Below, in pieces: positions 8,661 to 19,163 of a DNA stretch of 64,000 nucleotides. The translations under genes were made by a program, and so were the position numbers. The stretch comes from an uncultured Gammaproteobacteria bacterium (GTDB lineage: Bacteria > Pseudomonadota > Gammaproteobacteria > Steroidobacterales > XN24): assembly GCA_963842955.1 (NCBI GenBank), contig CAWJIJ010000001.1, forward strand, positions 84,041 through 148,040, in the 5' to 3' direction. The first letter of the stretch is position 1; the number at the start of each line of letters is the position of its first letter. The notes under the pieces are model-generated. The model saw nothing but the letters and a program-made list of their open reading frames with translations, was not told the DNA's origin and searched no databases.

Positions 8661-10327
8661 TACGCCTCCCAGCGCTGGGGATCGGCAAAGATAATACGAA
8701 ATACGCTGCCACCGCCTTCCCTGGGCTCGTAGAGCAGCGCGGCGCCGCTGGAGCCGCACAGCTCCCGGCAGATAAACAGGCCCAGGCCGCTGCCGCCATC
8801 GCCGCTGCGGCCCCGGTAGAACGGCTCGAAGATCCGGTCGGCGGATTCGGTCGGGACTCCCGGCCCCCGATCCCGTACCTCCAGAAACGGCCGGCTGGTC
8901 CCGGCCCGGCGGCCGCTGACCAGCTCGATCAGGATCGCGATGGTCGTGCCGCCCGGTTCGCCGTCTTCGCCAGCCTTCGGCATCCCGTAGCGCACGGCAT
9001 TTTCGCAGAGGTTCCATAGCACCTGGTGCAGATGATCCCGATCCATGCGAACTTCCAGCTCCGGATCGGCGTTTTCAATCACGAGCGCGGACTCGGGAAA
9101 CTGCATCGTGGCCGCGAATTCGGCACGAAACTGGATCAGCCATTCGGGCAGATCAAGGCGCTCCGGCCGCGTGGTTTCCCGTCTGGACAGCTGCAGCACA
9201 TTGTCCACGATCTTGCCGACGCGCTTGGCGTTGGCCACCACGATGCCGGCCAGCTTCTGCTCGCTCTCACCCAGCCGCTCGGACTCCGCGAGCAGCTGGC
9301 CGGCGTGGCTCACCGCGCCGACGGGGTTACGAATCTCGTGGGCGATGCTCGCCGACAGCCGGCCCAGGGCCGCCAGCTTGGTTTGCTGGACCTTCTCCGC
9401 CACGACCGAAACGTCTTCGAGAAAGATCAGGATGGCGCCGCTGCGGGGCCGGCCAATCGGCGCGAAGTAGGGATTGATCATCGTGCTGCCGTCGGCGGCG
9501 GCGAACGCCGGCGGCGTCTCGCTCGTGCCTTCCCGGCGCCAGAGCGCGGCGTAATCGGAGAGGTACTGGGACACGTCCTTCAGATGGAGGCCGCGCCGGG
9601 TGGCGTCGGTACCGAGGTACTTCGCGGCTGCCTGGTTCATCAGGCGGATGCGATCGTCGCCGTCCACGACGATGATGCTTTCGCGCAGGTTCTGGATGAT
9701 GTACTGGTTCAGCTGGGCCAGGTTTTCCAGGTCCACGCTGCGCTGCCGGGCCAGGGCCTCGTTCTCCTGGATCCGCCGCGCCAGCGGGTTTACCGCCAGC
9801 CCGATGAACATGAGGATGGCGCCCAGCACACCGGCCGGCATCATCGAGTCCAGCGTGGCTTCACCGCTGGCCACCAGCAGGTATTGCTGGGCCAGCATCG
9901 CGAGCGCTGCGGCCGACGCGAGAGTCAGCGAGCGCTGCCTGGAGCTGATGAGCCCCAGCGCGCCGATGGTGATCACGAGCAGGTTGCCGAGCCCGGTCCC
10001 CCATCCGGTGGCGTGCACCAGCAGGCTGACCACCGCGATGTCCACCGCGGCCTGGATCAGGATCTGCGCGCTGACGGACGGCCAGCGCTGGGTGACCGCG
10101 AAGTCGTTGATGGCGGCAAACACGAAGGCCGCCAGCGTCGTGGCGAAGAACAGTTCCGGCCGGGCCTGGCCGATGAGATGGGGTTTCTCCGGGTAGAGAA
10201 AGAGCGCCAGCAGAAAGATCGCCGCCAGCATCCGGAAGACATTGAGCAGCCGCAGCACCCGCCAGGAAAACTCCGGGGCGGTGATGTCCGGTGGGCCCGG
10301 TTCGATCAGGGGGGTGACGGTCGACAT
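8660..10327 (-). CDS. pilS: Sensor histidine kinase PilS
   Basis: N-terminal multi-TM domain, H-box SASIAHEIRNP and a C-terminal HATPase (DRGPGV, GGSGLGL). It lies upstream of pilR. Confidence 0.85.
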   Translation of the reverse strand: MSTVTPLIEPGPPDITAPEFSWRVLRLLNVFRMLAAIFLLALFLYPEKPHLIGQARPELFFATTLAAFVFAAINDFAVTQRWPSVSAQILIQAAVDIAVVSLLVHATGWGTGLGNLLVITIGALGLISSRQRSLTLASAAALAMLAQQYLLVASGEATLDSMMPAGVLGAILMFIGLAVNPLARRIQENEALARQRSVDLENLAQLNQYIIQNLRESIIVVDGDDRIRLMNQAAAKYLGTDATRRGLHLKDVSQYLSDYAALWRREGTSETPPAFAAADGSTMINPYFAPIGRPRSGAILIFLEDVSVVAEKVQQTKLAALGRLSASIAHEIRNPVGAVSHAGQLLAESERLGESEQKLAGIVVANAKRVGKIVDNVLQLSRRETTRPERLDLPEWLIQFRAEFAATMQFPESALVIENADPELEVRMDRDHLHQVLWNLCENAVRYGMPKAGEDGEPGGTTIAILIELVSGRRAGTSRPFLEVRDRGPGVPTESADRIFEPFYRGRSGDGGSGLGLFICRELCGSSGAALLYEPREGGGSVFRIIFADPQRWEA

Positions 10328-10541
10328 ATGTAGGGGAAGTTGCGATGGACCATGAGCTGGGTGAAATCCGGATCAGAAAACCGGTTCGGCGGCCGGCGGC
10401 CCGGTTCATTCTGAAGAGCCGCCGGGTCCGGAGCAAGACGCTTTTGCCTAATGCGGCCGATTGGCCCAAAATACGCGCCCCGACTTCGGCGGGTTCTTGT
10501 CCGCCGGGTTTCCTGCCCACCAGCCGCACGTTGGAGCCGGC

Positions 10542-11696
10542 ATGAATCTTCACGAATACCAGTCAAAACAGCTTTTCTCGGAATACGGCATCCCGGTGCC
10601 CCACGGCATTGCCGCCCGGACCGCGGACGATGCGGCCAAGGCCGCCAAGGACATCGGCGGAGACATCTGGGTCGTCAAGGCCCAGGTACATGCCGGCGGC
10701 CGCGGCAAGGCCGGGGGCGTCAAGCTCTGCGAAACCCCCGCAGCAGCGGGTGAAGCCGCCGAGGCCATGCTGGGCTCCACCCTCGTGACCCCGCAGACCG
10801 GTGCCGAGGGCCTGCCGGTCAATGCGGTGATCGTCGAGGCGGGTTCCGGCATCGCTCGAGAACTCTATCTGAGCCTGGTTGTGGACCGAGGCCAGGAGCG
10901 GGTGGTGTTCATGGCCTCGGCCGCCGGGGGCATGGACATCGAGGAAGTGGCCGCCGAAACGCCGGAAAAGATCTTTACCGTGGCGGTGCATCCGGCCGCC
11001 GGTCTGCAGCCCTACCAGGCCCGCCGGCTGGCGTTCGGTCTCGGCCTGGAAGGCGACCAGATCAAGCAGTTCGTCAAGATCGTCCAGGCGCTTTACCAGC
11101 TGTTCATCGAGCGCGACGCGAGCCTCGTGGAGATCAATCCGCTGATCGTGACGAACGACGGCGATGTGGTCGCCCTGGACGCCAAAATCAACATCGAGGA
11201 CAACGCCCTGTTCCGGCAGCCCAAGCTGCGGGAATGGCGTGATCCGTCCCAGGAAGACGAGATGGAGAACCGGGCCAGCGCCCACGATCTCAACTACGTG
11301 TCCCTGGACGGGGACATCGCCTGCATGGTCAACGGCGCGGGCCTGGCCATGGCGACGATGGACCTGATCAAGCTACACGGTGGCGAGCCGGCCAACTTCC
11401 TGGACGTGGGCGGCGGCGCGACCGCCGAGCGGGTGGCCGAGGCCTTCAAGCTGATCCTGTCCAACAAGAACGTGAAGGCGATCCTCGTCAATATCTTCGG
11501 CGGCATTGTGCGCTGCGACCTGATCGCCGAGGGCGTTATCGCCGCCGTCAAGGAAGTGGGTGTGGAGGTGCCGGTGGTCGTGCGCCTCGAGGGCACCAAC
11601 GTGGACAAGGGCCGCGAACTGCTTGCCTCGAGCGGGCTGGACATCATCGCCGCCACGGACCTTACCGACGCCGCCAAGAAAGCGGTGGCCATCTGA
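10542..11696 (+). CDS. sucC: Succinyl-CoA synthetase beta subunit
   Basis: Starts [23 protein letters not shown]-grasp plus ligase-CoA domains. The ORF-track start at 10461 is an upstream extension. Confidence 0.95.
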   Translation: MNLHEYQSKQLFSEYGIPVPHGIAARTADDAAKAAKDIGGDIWVVKAQVHAGGRGKAGGVKLCETPAAAGEAAEAMLGSTLVTPQTGAEGLPVNAVIVEAGSGIARELYLSLVVDRGQERVVFMASAAGGMDIEEVAAETPEKIFTVAVHPAAGLQPYQARRLAFGLGLEGDQIKQFVKIVQALYQLFIERDASLVEINPLIVTNDGDVVALDAKINIEDNALFRQPKLREWRDPSQEDEMENRASAHDLNYVSLDGDIACMVNGAGLAMATMDLIKLHGGEPANFLDVGGGATAERVAEAFKLILSNKNVKAILVNIFGGIVRCDLIAEGVIAAVKEVGVEVPVVVRLEGTNVDKGRELLASSGLDIIAATDLTDAAKKAVAI

Positions 11697-11715
11697 ATCG
11701 CATCGGGACCCAGAC

Positions 11716-12588
11716 ATGAGCATCCTCGTCAACAAGGACACCAAGGTCATCTGCCAGGGCTTTACCGGCCGCCAGGGCACCTTTCATTCCGAACAGTGCC
11801 TTGAGTACGGCACGCGGCTGGTGGGCGGTGTGACCCCTGGCCGGGGCGGCGAAACCCACCTGGGCCTGCCGGTGTTCGACACTGTTCACGCCGCGGTCGA
11901 AGGCACGGGTGCAGAGGTCAGCATGATCTACGTGCCGGCGCCGTTTGCCGCCGACGCGATCCTGGAAGCCGCCGACGCAGGCGTGGGCCTGATCGTCTGC
12001 ATCACCGAGGGCATCCCGGTCATGGACATGGTCCGGGTGAAGTCCGCCCTCGCCGAGAGGGACTGCCGGCTGATCGGCCCCAACTGTCCCGGGATCATCA
12101 CGCCGGGCGAGGCCAAGATCGGGATCATGCCCGGCTTTATCCACCAGCCGGGCAAAGTGGGCATCGTGTCCCGGTCCGGCACCCTGACCTACGAAGCCGT
12201 CTATCAGACCACCCAGACGGGTCTCGGCCAGTCCACCTGCGTGGGTATCGGGGGCGATCCGGTCCGCGGCATGGATTTCATTGACTGCCTCGAGCTGTTC
12301 GAGGCGGATCCGGCCACCGAGGGCATGATCATGGTGGGTGAGATCGGCGGCAGCGACGAGGAGGCCGCCGCCGAATACATTCAGGCCCATGTGACCAAAC
12401 CCGTGGTTGCCTATATCGCCGGCGTCACCGCGCCTCCCGGCAAGCGCATGGGACACGCCGGGGCTATCATCTCCGGAGGCAAGGGAACGGCCGACGAGAA
12501 GTTCGCGGCGCTGGAAGCAGCAGGCGTGACCACCGTCCGCTCACCGGCGGAACTGGGCAGCGCCATCACCGAGCGTCTGGGCGGCTGA
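11716..12588 (+). CDS. sucD: Succinyl-CoA synthetase alpha subunit
   Basis: Starts [18 protein letters not shown] and contains the active-site His block [15 protein letters not shown]. It begins 19 nt after sucC. Confidence 0.95.
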   Translation: MSILVNKDTKVICQGFTGRQGTFHSEQCLEYGTRLVGGVTPGRGGETHLGLPVFDTVHAAVEGTGAEVSMIYVPAPFAADAILEAADAGVGLIVCITEGIPVMDMVRVKSALAERDCRLIGPNCPGIITPGEAKIGIMPGFIHQPGKVGIVSRSGTLTYEAVYQTTQTGLGQSTCVGIGGDPVRGMDFIDCLELFEADPATEGMIMVGEIGGSDEEAAAEYIQAHVTKPVVAYIAGVTAPPGKRMGHAGAIISGGKGTADEKFAALEAAGVTTVRSPAELGSAITERLGG

Positions 12589-12638
12589 GCCCGGTCCGGG
12601 CTCACGCCTGACGTCCGGTACCCGGCCCGATTTCCGAC

Positions 12639-14348
12639 ATGCCCGACCCGAACATGGCCCGCCAGGCATCCAAGGCAATCCCGGTGGGAGCGGTGCACGC
12701 AAAGCCCGAGGGCGCTCTTCGGGTCGCGCTCGCGCAGATGAACCCTGTGGTGGGCGACGTGGGGCGCAACACCGACCGGGTGCTGGCGCTTGCGGCAACG
12801 GCGCGGGACGAACTCGGCGCGGACCTGATCCTGTTTCCGGAACTCGTGGTCTGCGGGTACCCGCCGGAAGACCTGCTCCTTCACCGCGGCATGCGCAAAC
12901 AGGTAGCCGATGCCCTGGAGCGGATCCGCCTGGATCTGAACGGTATCGCCGCCCTGGTGGGCTATCCGGAATACGACGGCGAGCTGCGCTACAACAGCGC
13001 CGTGCTGGTGTCGGAGGGAGAACTGGCCGCCAACTACCGGAAGCACTGCCTGCCCAACTACGGTGTCTTCGACGAGAAACGGTATTTCACCGCGGGCACC
13101 GACCCCACGGTCGTGGATCTGAAGGGGCATCGGCTGGGCCTGACCATCTGCGAAGACGTTTGGGAGAAGCCGCCGGCGCTGGACGCCCGGGACGCCGGGG
13201 CCGAGGTCCTCCTGGCGATCAACGGCTCGCCGTATGACACCACCAGTTCCGAACGCCGCGCGCTGGTGCTGGCGGACCGGGTGGCCGAGACCGGCCTGCC
13301 GCTGGTGTATCTGAACATGGTGGGCGGCCAGGACGAGCTGATATTCGACGGCGGCTCCCAGGCCCTGACCCGCGACGGTACGATCGTGTTCCAGGCGCCC
13401 ATGTTCGAAGAGGGCCTGTATGCCATGGACATCGTTCGGGACGCCAATGGCTCCACTGTGAAGCCGGCCGGCCCCCACACGCCGGCGCCACTGCCGGGCC
13501 ATGTGGAGGGGGTTTACCGGGCGCTGGTCCTGGGCACCCGTGACTATGTGACCAAGCATGGTTTTCCGGGCGTGGTGATCGGCCTGTCCGGCGGAATCGA
13601 CTCGGCGCTGACCCTCGCCATTGCGGTTGATGCGCTGGGCGCGGACCGGGTCCAGACCGTCATGATGCCGACCCGCTATACCCGGGACATCAGTCTCGAG
13701 GACGCCCGCGCCATGGCAGACGGCCTGGGCGTGCGCTATGAGGAGATTTCCGTCGAGCCGATTTTCGATTCCGTGCTGGCAGCCTTGTCCGAGCCGTTCG
13801 CCGGCACACGCCCGGATGCGACCGAGGAAAACATCCAGTCCCGGGCCCGCGGCATCATCCTCATGGCCATCTCCAACAAGTTTGGCTCCATGGTGCTCAC
13901 CACGGGCAACAAGAGCGAAATGGCGGTGGGCTACGCCACGCTGTATGGCGACATGGCCGGCGGCTTCGCCCCCATCAAGGATTGCAGCAAGACCCTGGTC
14001 TACAAGCTGTCCCGCTACCGCAACGGCGTGTCGGCCGTCATTCCTGAACGGATTATCGAGCGGCCCCCGTCGGCGGAACTGGCCCCCGACCAACTGGACA
14101 CGGATTCACTGCCGGCCTATGACGTGCTGGATCCGATTCTCGAGGCCTTTATCGAAGAAGACTGCAGCGTGGACCAGATTGTCGAGCGGGGCTATGACCG
14201 GGCCACCGTGGGCCGCGTGTTGGGCCTGGTCAAGCGCAACGAATACAAGCGCCGGCAGGCGCCGCCGGGGGTGCGGATCAGCCGCCGGGCGTTCGGCCGG
14301 GACTGGCGCTATCCGATAACCTCGGGCTACGGGTTCGAGCCGCGCTGA
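12639..14348 (+). CDS. nadE: Glutamine-dependent NAD+ synthetase
   Basis: N-terminal nitrilase-type CN hydrolase domain (RVALAQMNPVVGD...FPELVVCGYPPEDL) and a C-terminal NAD synthetase PP-loop (GLSGGIDSAL). The exact start is uncertain because there are alternative in-frame ATG/GTG codons within the first 20 codons. Confidence 0.9.
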   Translation: MPDPNMARQASKAIPVGAVHAKPEGALRVALAQMNPVVGDVGRNTDRVLALAATARDELGADLILFPELVVCGYPPEDLLLHRGMRKQVADALERIRLDLNGIAALVGYPEYDGELRYNSAVLVSEGELAANYRKHCLPNYGVFDEKRYFTAGTDPTVVDLKGHRLGLTICEDVWEKPPALDARDAGAEVLLAINGSPYDTTSSERRALVLADRVAETGLPLVYLNMVGGQDELIFDGGSQALTRDGTIVFQAPMFEEGLYAMDIVRDANGSTVKPAGPHTPAPLPGHVEGVYRALVLGTRDYVTKHGFPGVVIGLSGGIDSALTLAIAVDALGADRVQTVMMPTRYTRDISLEDARAMADGLGVRYEEISVEPIFDSVLAALSEPFAGTRPDATEENIQSRARGIILMAISNKFGSMVLTTGNKSEMAVGYATLYGDMAGGFAPIKDCSKTLVYKLSRYRNGVSAVIPERIIERPPSAELAPDQLDTDSLPAYDVLDPILEAFIEEDCSVDQIVERGYDRATVGRVLGLVKRNEYKRRQAPPGVRISRRAFGRDWRYPITSGYGFEPR

Positions 14349-14410
14349 TTTCCCCTGCCGGCCGCCCTTTCGGGTCAGCGCTCCCTGCTACCCCGGGCTG
14401 AGCCAGCCCC

Positions 14411-15253
14411 TCAGCGCTTCCAGGGAAGCCACGCCCAGCCCTGGCCGCCGGGCTGCGTACCGTAGGCAAACGCCTCGTCCGGATAGTTTTCCTCGAGCAC
14501 CTTCATGGCGTCCGCCGAAAGCTCCTGCAGCTCGAGTTCGTCATAGCAGCGCACCAGCAGCTGGAGAGCCTGAACCACCGACGGGGTTTCCTGGTAGGTT
14601 TCCAGCACGTACTTGGCCCGGTTCGCCGCCGCCACATAGGCGGTCCGGCGCACGTAGTAGTCCGCTACCCAGATTTCGTACTCCGCCAGCCGGTTGCGCA
14701 GGTACACCATCCGCTGGCGGGCGTCGGGGCCGTAGGGACTGTCGGGATAGGTCTGCACGAGCTGGGAGAACGCGGTGAAGGACTCCATGAGGCCGCCAGA
14801 CGGACGCTTTGCCAGGTCGATGCGAAAAAACTTTTCCATCGGCCCGCGTTCGCGCTCGAAGTTGACCAGCCCCTCGATGTAATAGGTGTAGTCCACGCGG
14901 GGATGAGTCGGGTTCTCCCGGCGGAACACCTGGGCCTCCTCGATGGCCTGTTCACCCTGGTCGGCCCGGTAGTAGGCATACATGAGGTCCAGCTGCGCCT
15001 GGCGGGCGTAGTCGGAGAACGGGAAAAACGCCTGCAGGTTTTCGTAGTAGCGAATGGCAATTGGCCAGTTGCCGGCGCTGATGCTTTTGTTCGCCCGCTC
15101 GTACATGCGCCGCGCGTCCTCGTCCGGGTCGATGACCACGTCATCGTCCCCGCCGAACCAGGAGCAGCCCGCCGCGAACAGGATCGATGTCAACACCACC
15201 AGCAGCGAGGCGGTCCGGAAAGGCAAACGTTGGAGTAAACGGCGTTGGAACAT
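14411..15253 (-). CDS. bamD: Outer membrane protein assembly factor BamD
   Basis: Lipoprotein signal with an AAGCS lipobox, followed by TPR-like repeats. It is divergent from rluD, as in E. coli. Confidence 0.9.
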   Translation of the reverse strand: MFQRRLLQRLPFRTASLLVVLTSILFAAGCSWFGGDDDVVIDPDEDARRMYERANKSISAGNWPIAIRYYENLQAFFPFSDYARQAQLDLMYAYYRADQGEQAIEEAQVFRRENPTHPRVDYTYYIEGLVNFERERGPMEKFFRIDLAKRPSGGLMESFTAFSQLVQTYPDSPYGPDARQRMVYLRNRLAEYEIWVADYYVRRTAYVAAANRAKYVLETYQETPSVVQALQLLVRCYDELELQELSADAMKVLEENYPDEAFAYGTQPGGQGWAWLPWKR

Positions 15254-15329
15254 GCGGCGTTAACAGCGGATGGGCCGGTTGGCGGCGCCCCGGCGAAGCG
15301 CGGCATTATAGCGTAAACTCGCGGCCATC

Positions 15330-16319
15330 ATGGCAGGCCAGCCCCCCTCGGAAGAGACCCTCGAATACCGGGCCGAGGTCCCCGGCGCCCTGTCCGGCAA
15401 GCGCCTGGACCAGGCACTTGCCACCCTGTTTCCGGATTTTTCCCGCAGCCGGCTCAAGGCCTGGATCCTGGCCGGGCGCGTCACCGTAGACGGCCTGGAG
15501 CGACGGCCCCGTGACCCGGTCATCGGCGGCGAACAGGTCCTGCTTCGGGCCGAGCCGGAAACCCGGACGGAGGCGGCGCCGGAACCGATACCGCTGAATG
15601 TGCTGTTCGAAGACGACACCTTGCTGGTTATCGACAAGCCCGCGGGGCTGGTGGTTCACCCCGGGGCGGGAAATCCGAACGGGACGATGCAGAACGCGCT
15701 GCTCCACCACCGCCCGGAGCTTCGGAACGTGCCCCGGGCCGGCATCGTGCATCGGCTGGACAAGGACACGACGGGGGTCATGGTGGTGGCCGGCACCGAG
15801 ACGGCCCATGCAGCGCTCGTCAAGGCCATCGAAGCCCGCGAGGTGCGCCGCGAATACGAGGCGGTCTGTCTCGGGGTGCTGACTGCCGGCGGTACCGTGG
15901 ATGCCAGCATGGGGCGCCATCCCGTGGATCGTCTGCGGATGGCGGTCAGGGACACCGGCAAACCCGCCCGGACCCACTACCGGGTAATGGATCGCTACCG
16001 GGGCCATACTCGCGTGTTGTGCCGGCTGGACACCGGCCGCACCCACCAGATCCGCGTTCATATGGCCCATATTCGCCACCCGCTGGTGGGCGACCCGCTT
16101 TACGGTGGCCGGCTGGCCATACCTCGGGGTGCCACGCCCGAACTGGGCGAGAGCCTGCGGCGATTCCGCCGCCAGGCCCTCCACGCCAGGCGCCTCGCCC
16201 TGATCCATCCCGGTAGCGGCGAGGAGACGAGCTGGGAATCGCCCCTGGCCGCCGACCTGGCCGGCCTGATCCGGGTTATGGAAGCCGACCGGGCCGCCGC
16301 TGAAGCGGACCGGGATTGA
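15330..16319 (+). CDS. rluD: 23S rRNA pseudouridine synthase RluD
   Basis: S4 domain followed by the RluA-family catalytic block HRLDKDTTGVMVV. Part of the conserved bamD/rluD/pgeF neighbourhood. Confidence 0.9.
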   Translation: MAGQPPSEETLEYRAEVPGALSGKRLDQALATLFPDFSRSRLKAWILAGRVTVDGLERRPRDPVIGGEQVLLRAEPETRTEAAPEPIPLNVLFEDDTLLVIDKPAGLVVHPGAGNPNGTMQNALLHHRPELRNVPRAGIVHRLDKDTTGVMVVAGTETAHAALVKAIEAREVRREYEAVCLGVLTAGGTVDASMGRHPVDRLRMAVRDTGKPARTHYRVMDRYRGHTRVLCRLDTGRTHQIRVHMAHIRHPLVGDPLYGGRLAIPRGATPELGESLRRFRRQALHARRLALIHPGSGEETSWESPLAADLAGLIRVMEADRAAAEADRD

Positions 16320-17068
16320 GCGTGTCCGATTCGGAGGTCCTGTGGATCGAGGCGGACTGGCCGGCCCCGGGCCGCGTGCGGGCGCTGACGACGCTACGCA
16401 CCGGCGGCTTGAGCGGCGGGCCGTTTGCGTCGCTGAATCTCGGTGCCCGGGTCGGCGACGATCCGGTGGCGGTGGCGGCGAACCGGCAGCGGCTGGTTTC
16501 CGCCGCGGGCCTGCCCGCGGAACCCGTGTGGCTCAAACAGGTCCACGGGACATCGGTGGTGCGGGCGGACGCCCCGAACGCCCGGGAGGCCGAGGCCGAC
16601 GCGGCGGTCACCGACCAGTCGGGGGTAGTCTGCGCCGTGCTGACGGCGGATTGTCTCCCGGTATTCCTAGCCCGGATGGACGGCAGCGCGGTGGCCGTGG
16701 CCCACGCGGGCTGGCGCGGCCTGGCGGCGGGCGTGATCGAATCCACCATCGCCGCCCTCGGTCCTGCGCAGGGTCCGCTGACGGCATGGCTCGGGCCCGC
16801 CATCGGTCCGGATGCCTTCGAGGTGGGTCCCGAAGTTCACGAGGCGTTTGTTACTGGCCACCCGGAAGACACGTCAGCCTTTCGCGCCGGCCATGGCGAC
16901 CGCTACCTGGCAGACCTCTATGCGCTGGCCCGGGCCCGGCTTACCCGCGCTGGCGTCACCACCGTGAGCGGCGGCGACCGTTGCACCTATACCGAGGAGA
17001 CAGCGTTCTTTTCCCACCGCCGCGACGGCCTGAGCGGCCGCATGGCCAGCCTGATCTGGATGGGATGA
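16316..17068 (+). CDS. pgeF: Peptidoglycan editing factor PgeF (YfiH family)
   Basis: 250 aa with conserved YfiH/laccase-domain blocks (LKQVHG, TADCLPV, AHAGWRG, CTY...FFSHRRDG). The start overlaps the rluD stop (TTG 16316, or in-frame GTG 16322). Confidence 0.85.
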   Translation: MSVSDSEVLWIEADWPAPGRVRALTTLRTGGLSGGPFASLNLGARVGDDPVAVAANRQRLVSAAGLPAEPVWLKQVHGTSVVRADAPNAREAEADAAVTDQSGVVCAVLTADCLPVFLARMDGSAVAVAHAGWRGLAAGVIESTIAALGPAQGPLTAWLGPAIGPDAFEVGPEVHEAFVTGHPEDTSAFRAGHGDRYLADLYALARARLTRAGVTTVSGGDRCTYTEETAFFSHRRDGLSGRMASLIWMG

Positions 17069-17095
17069 CGCCCTGCGTGCCGAGCGCGCAGATCT

Positions 17096-17129
17096 GGTGG
17101 TGGCAACCGGAGGGTGGTGGCAACCGGAC
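17096..17129. repeat. 17-bp tandem repeat x2 (GGTGGTGGCAACCGGAG / GGTGGTGGCAACCGGAC)
   Basis: Read directly from the sequence. It lies in the convergent gap between pgeF and the AsnB-like gene. Confidence 0.85.
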
Positions 17130-17183
17130 AGACTCCTTGGTGCCATTCCGGGCGGAGCGGGCCGCCTGATCAGGCAACACCTG

Positions 17184-19124
17184 TCAGACAACACCTCCGG
17201 TGGGTTGTCTTCGAGCGACCGAATAGCCTGATGCGGGAGTCGGTCGCCAGGTGGCCCTCGGTTCCATGGCCTGCAGCCTCGAGCTGGCCCGGCGCGGCTC
17301 CGGGGCCTCGCGCCAGCCGTTCTCGACTAGCCGGAGAGTGTGTTCTGCGGTCATGAGTTTGCCGATCCAGTGCACATCAGTGCTGGCGATGATCCGGTCT
17401 ACGAAGCGGCCGCCCACGTAATCGCGAATGCGACTTTCGTTGCCCAGCAGCCCGCGGATCTCGGCGTCCATCCCAGGCGTTCTGTACCAGTCGGACCACG
17501 CCTCTCCGGGCGACACCGTGCGGCGGGTCACCACTCGCCGGATCTTTCGTCCGGCCCGTGCCAGCTGGTAGCTGACAGGGCCGTTCTTGGTGAACGCATC
17601 GATGGATAGCTGGCGGTAAGGGATCCTGCTCAGGGTGTTGCTTGCGGCGACCACGGAGGCTTGAAGAAGGCACTCCTTCCGAGGCTGCCGAATGGATTTC
17701 GATGCGGAAAACCCGACCGTTGCGTACTCCAGCTCGTACCCCAGGCGCACGATGTCCGGATCCCAATAGGGTGTTCGAAAACTCGTGAAGCAGTTTGCGA
17801 TCGCGGCCTGTCCGCCGAAGTAGTGGGGACCGGCTTCTTGCATCAAGTACGTAAGGTAGGCGTGAGGGTCGCCAAACTCGCCGTACTCGTCGTTGATCGT
17901 GTCCAGCGCATTCTCGATTATCGCTTCGAAGCAGGGCCAGCGTTCCCCGACGATGGCCGCGTAACAGTCCTTGTCGAGGCGCTGGCGTCCGTCGCGCCAC
18001 ATGGCTGCCGCGTGTGCGGAAAGAATGTGAGGCACATTGCCGGTGCTTGCCAGATGGTCCCTGAAAATATGGTCTCCGGAAACGCCCGTCAGGAGTGCCG
18101 CATATGGCTGGCCGTTTCTGGCAAGCTGCCGATAGACGAACAGCAAATGGGAGCGGTTGATGTTCTGCAGCCCGTCGGAGAGGCGCACCGTCTCCCGGGC
18201 CAGGCGCGGAAGGTCCGACGCGAAGGCGCCGTCCAGGGCCACTGACTTCTGCGCGAGCCCGAGCGTGCGGGCAATGCCGTCAGCCTCCTCGATTTCGCTG
18301 GTTCCGGGAATGCCGTAGGTGAACGAATCCAGGCAGGGCACTGCGTCGTCTGGCAGAGCGGCGAGAACGGCCCGGCAGTCCAGCCCGGCACTGAGTCCGA
18401 GAACTGTAGGACCTGTTTCCGGCACATAGCGTGGCACCACGCGCTGAAAAACTTCTATGGCCTCAGCCACCGCCTCGGGGCCTGTCCGTCGTGGCCGGGA
18501 TGCGCACGGTGGCCGATGGTATCGATGCGAGACCGTGCGGCCCGTGTGCCCCTCGTGTCGCAGAATCGTTCCTCCCGGGATCCGGGTAACGCCTGTCAGG
18601 GGCGTGCGTGTCCCAATGCCGTGATTGAAGAACAGGGATTCGTAAAGCCACTCCTCGGACAACCGCGGGGGCGGGTCTGATCTGCCGAAGAAGGCTCCCA
18701 GCGAGGTGGAAACGAAGGCCGTGTCTTCAGGAAAGGCCGCATAGACCGGCTGCCAGCCGAACGGATCCGTCACGACGCAGAGCTCGCGATGCTGCTTGTG
18801 CAGGAGCAGGAGGGCAAAGGCGCCCCTGAGGTCCGTCACGATCCGATGGTCGGGATCTTCGGTCAGCAGACCACGGCAGATCGCGGTCCAGTCCAGCGCC
18901 CCGGGATTAATGACATCCCCTGCAAGGAGACCCAGGAAGGTTTCGTCTTCATAGCCACTGATCCCGGCGCAGGGTGAACCCGTGCGCGTTGCCAGCCAGG
19001 CACGAGCGTCCGGTGACCTGAACTCATGGCGCCGGCAGTTGGCCAGGGGATCGATCGCCTGAGCGATCTGCGCGCCGTCTGCCCTGGCCGGTCCCCTCGA
19101 AAGCCATATGGCAGCCCCGGCCAT
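17184..19124 (-). CDS. Asparagine synthetase B-like adenylating enzyme lacking the N-terminal Cys nucleophile
   Basis: 646 aa. An Ntn-amidotransferase-like N-domain is followed by LGLSAGLDCRAVLAAL in the position of the SGGxDS PP-loop, then an AsnB-like C-domain. The N-terminus is MAGAAIW, with Ala where MCG is expected. The last ~45 aa are low-complexity and may be read-through. Confidence 0.7.
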   Translation of the reverse strand: MAGAAIWLSRGPARADGAQIAQAIDPLANCRRHEFRSPDARAWLATRTGSPCAGISGYEDETFLGLLAGDVINPGALDWTAICRGLLTEDPDHRIVTDLRGAFALLLLHKQHRELCVVTDPFGWQPVYAAFPEDTAFVSTSLGAFFGRSDPPPRLSEEWLYESLFFNHGIGTRTPLTGVTRIPGGTILRHEGHTGRTVSHRYHRPPCASRPRRTGPEAVAEAIEVFQRVVPRYVPETGPTVLGLSAGLDCRAVLAALPDDAVPCLDSFTYGIPGTSEIEEADGIARTLGLAQKSVALDGAFASDLPRLARETVRLSDGLQNINRSHLLFVYRQLARNGQPYAALLTGVSGDHIFRDHLASTGNVPHILSAHAAAMWRDGRQRLDKDCYAAIVGERWPCFEAIIENALDTINDEYGEFGDPHAYLTYLMQEAGPHYFGGQAAIANCFTSFRTPYWDPDIVRLGYELEYATVGFSASKSIRQPRKECLLQASVVAASNTLSRIPYRQLSIDAFTKNGPVSYQLARAGRKIRRVVTRRTVSPGEAWSDWYRTPGMDAEIRGLLGNESRIRDYVGGRFVDRIIASTDVHWIGKLMTAEHTLRLVENGWREAPEPRRASSRLQAMEPRATWRPTPASGYSVARRQPTGGVV

Positions 19125-19163
19125 CAGCAGCTCCCGGCCGCCGGCACGGTCGTCGCCAGACGC

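Noticed and set aside
7293-9017. Long form of pilR (574 aa) starting at 9017
   Set aside because: The first 119 codons overlap the pilS 3' end in another frame and are Arg/Pro/Gly-rich. The receiver domain begins right after GTG 8660, which abuts the pilS stop.
12584-12603. 9-bp perfect hairpin (TGAGCCCGG-TC-CCGGGCTCA) overlapping the sucD stop, as a possible terminator
   Set aside because: No U-tract follows, and nadE starts about 35 nt later. It may be a stabilising stem or a coincidence in GC-rich DNA. That is not enough to call a terminator.
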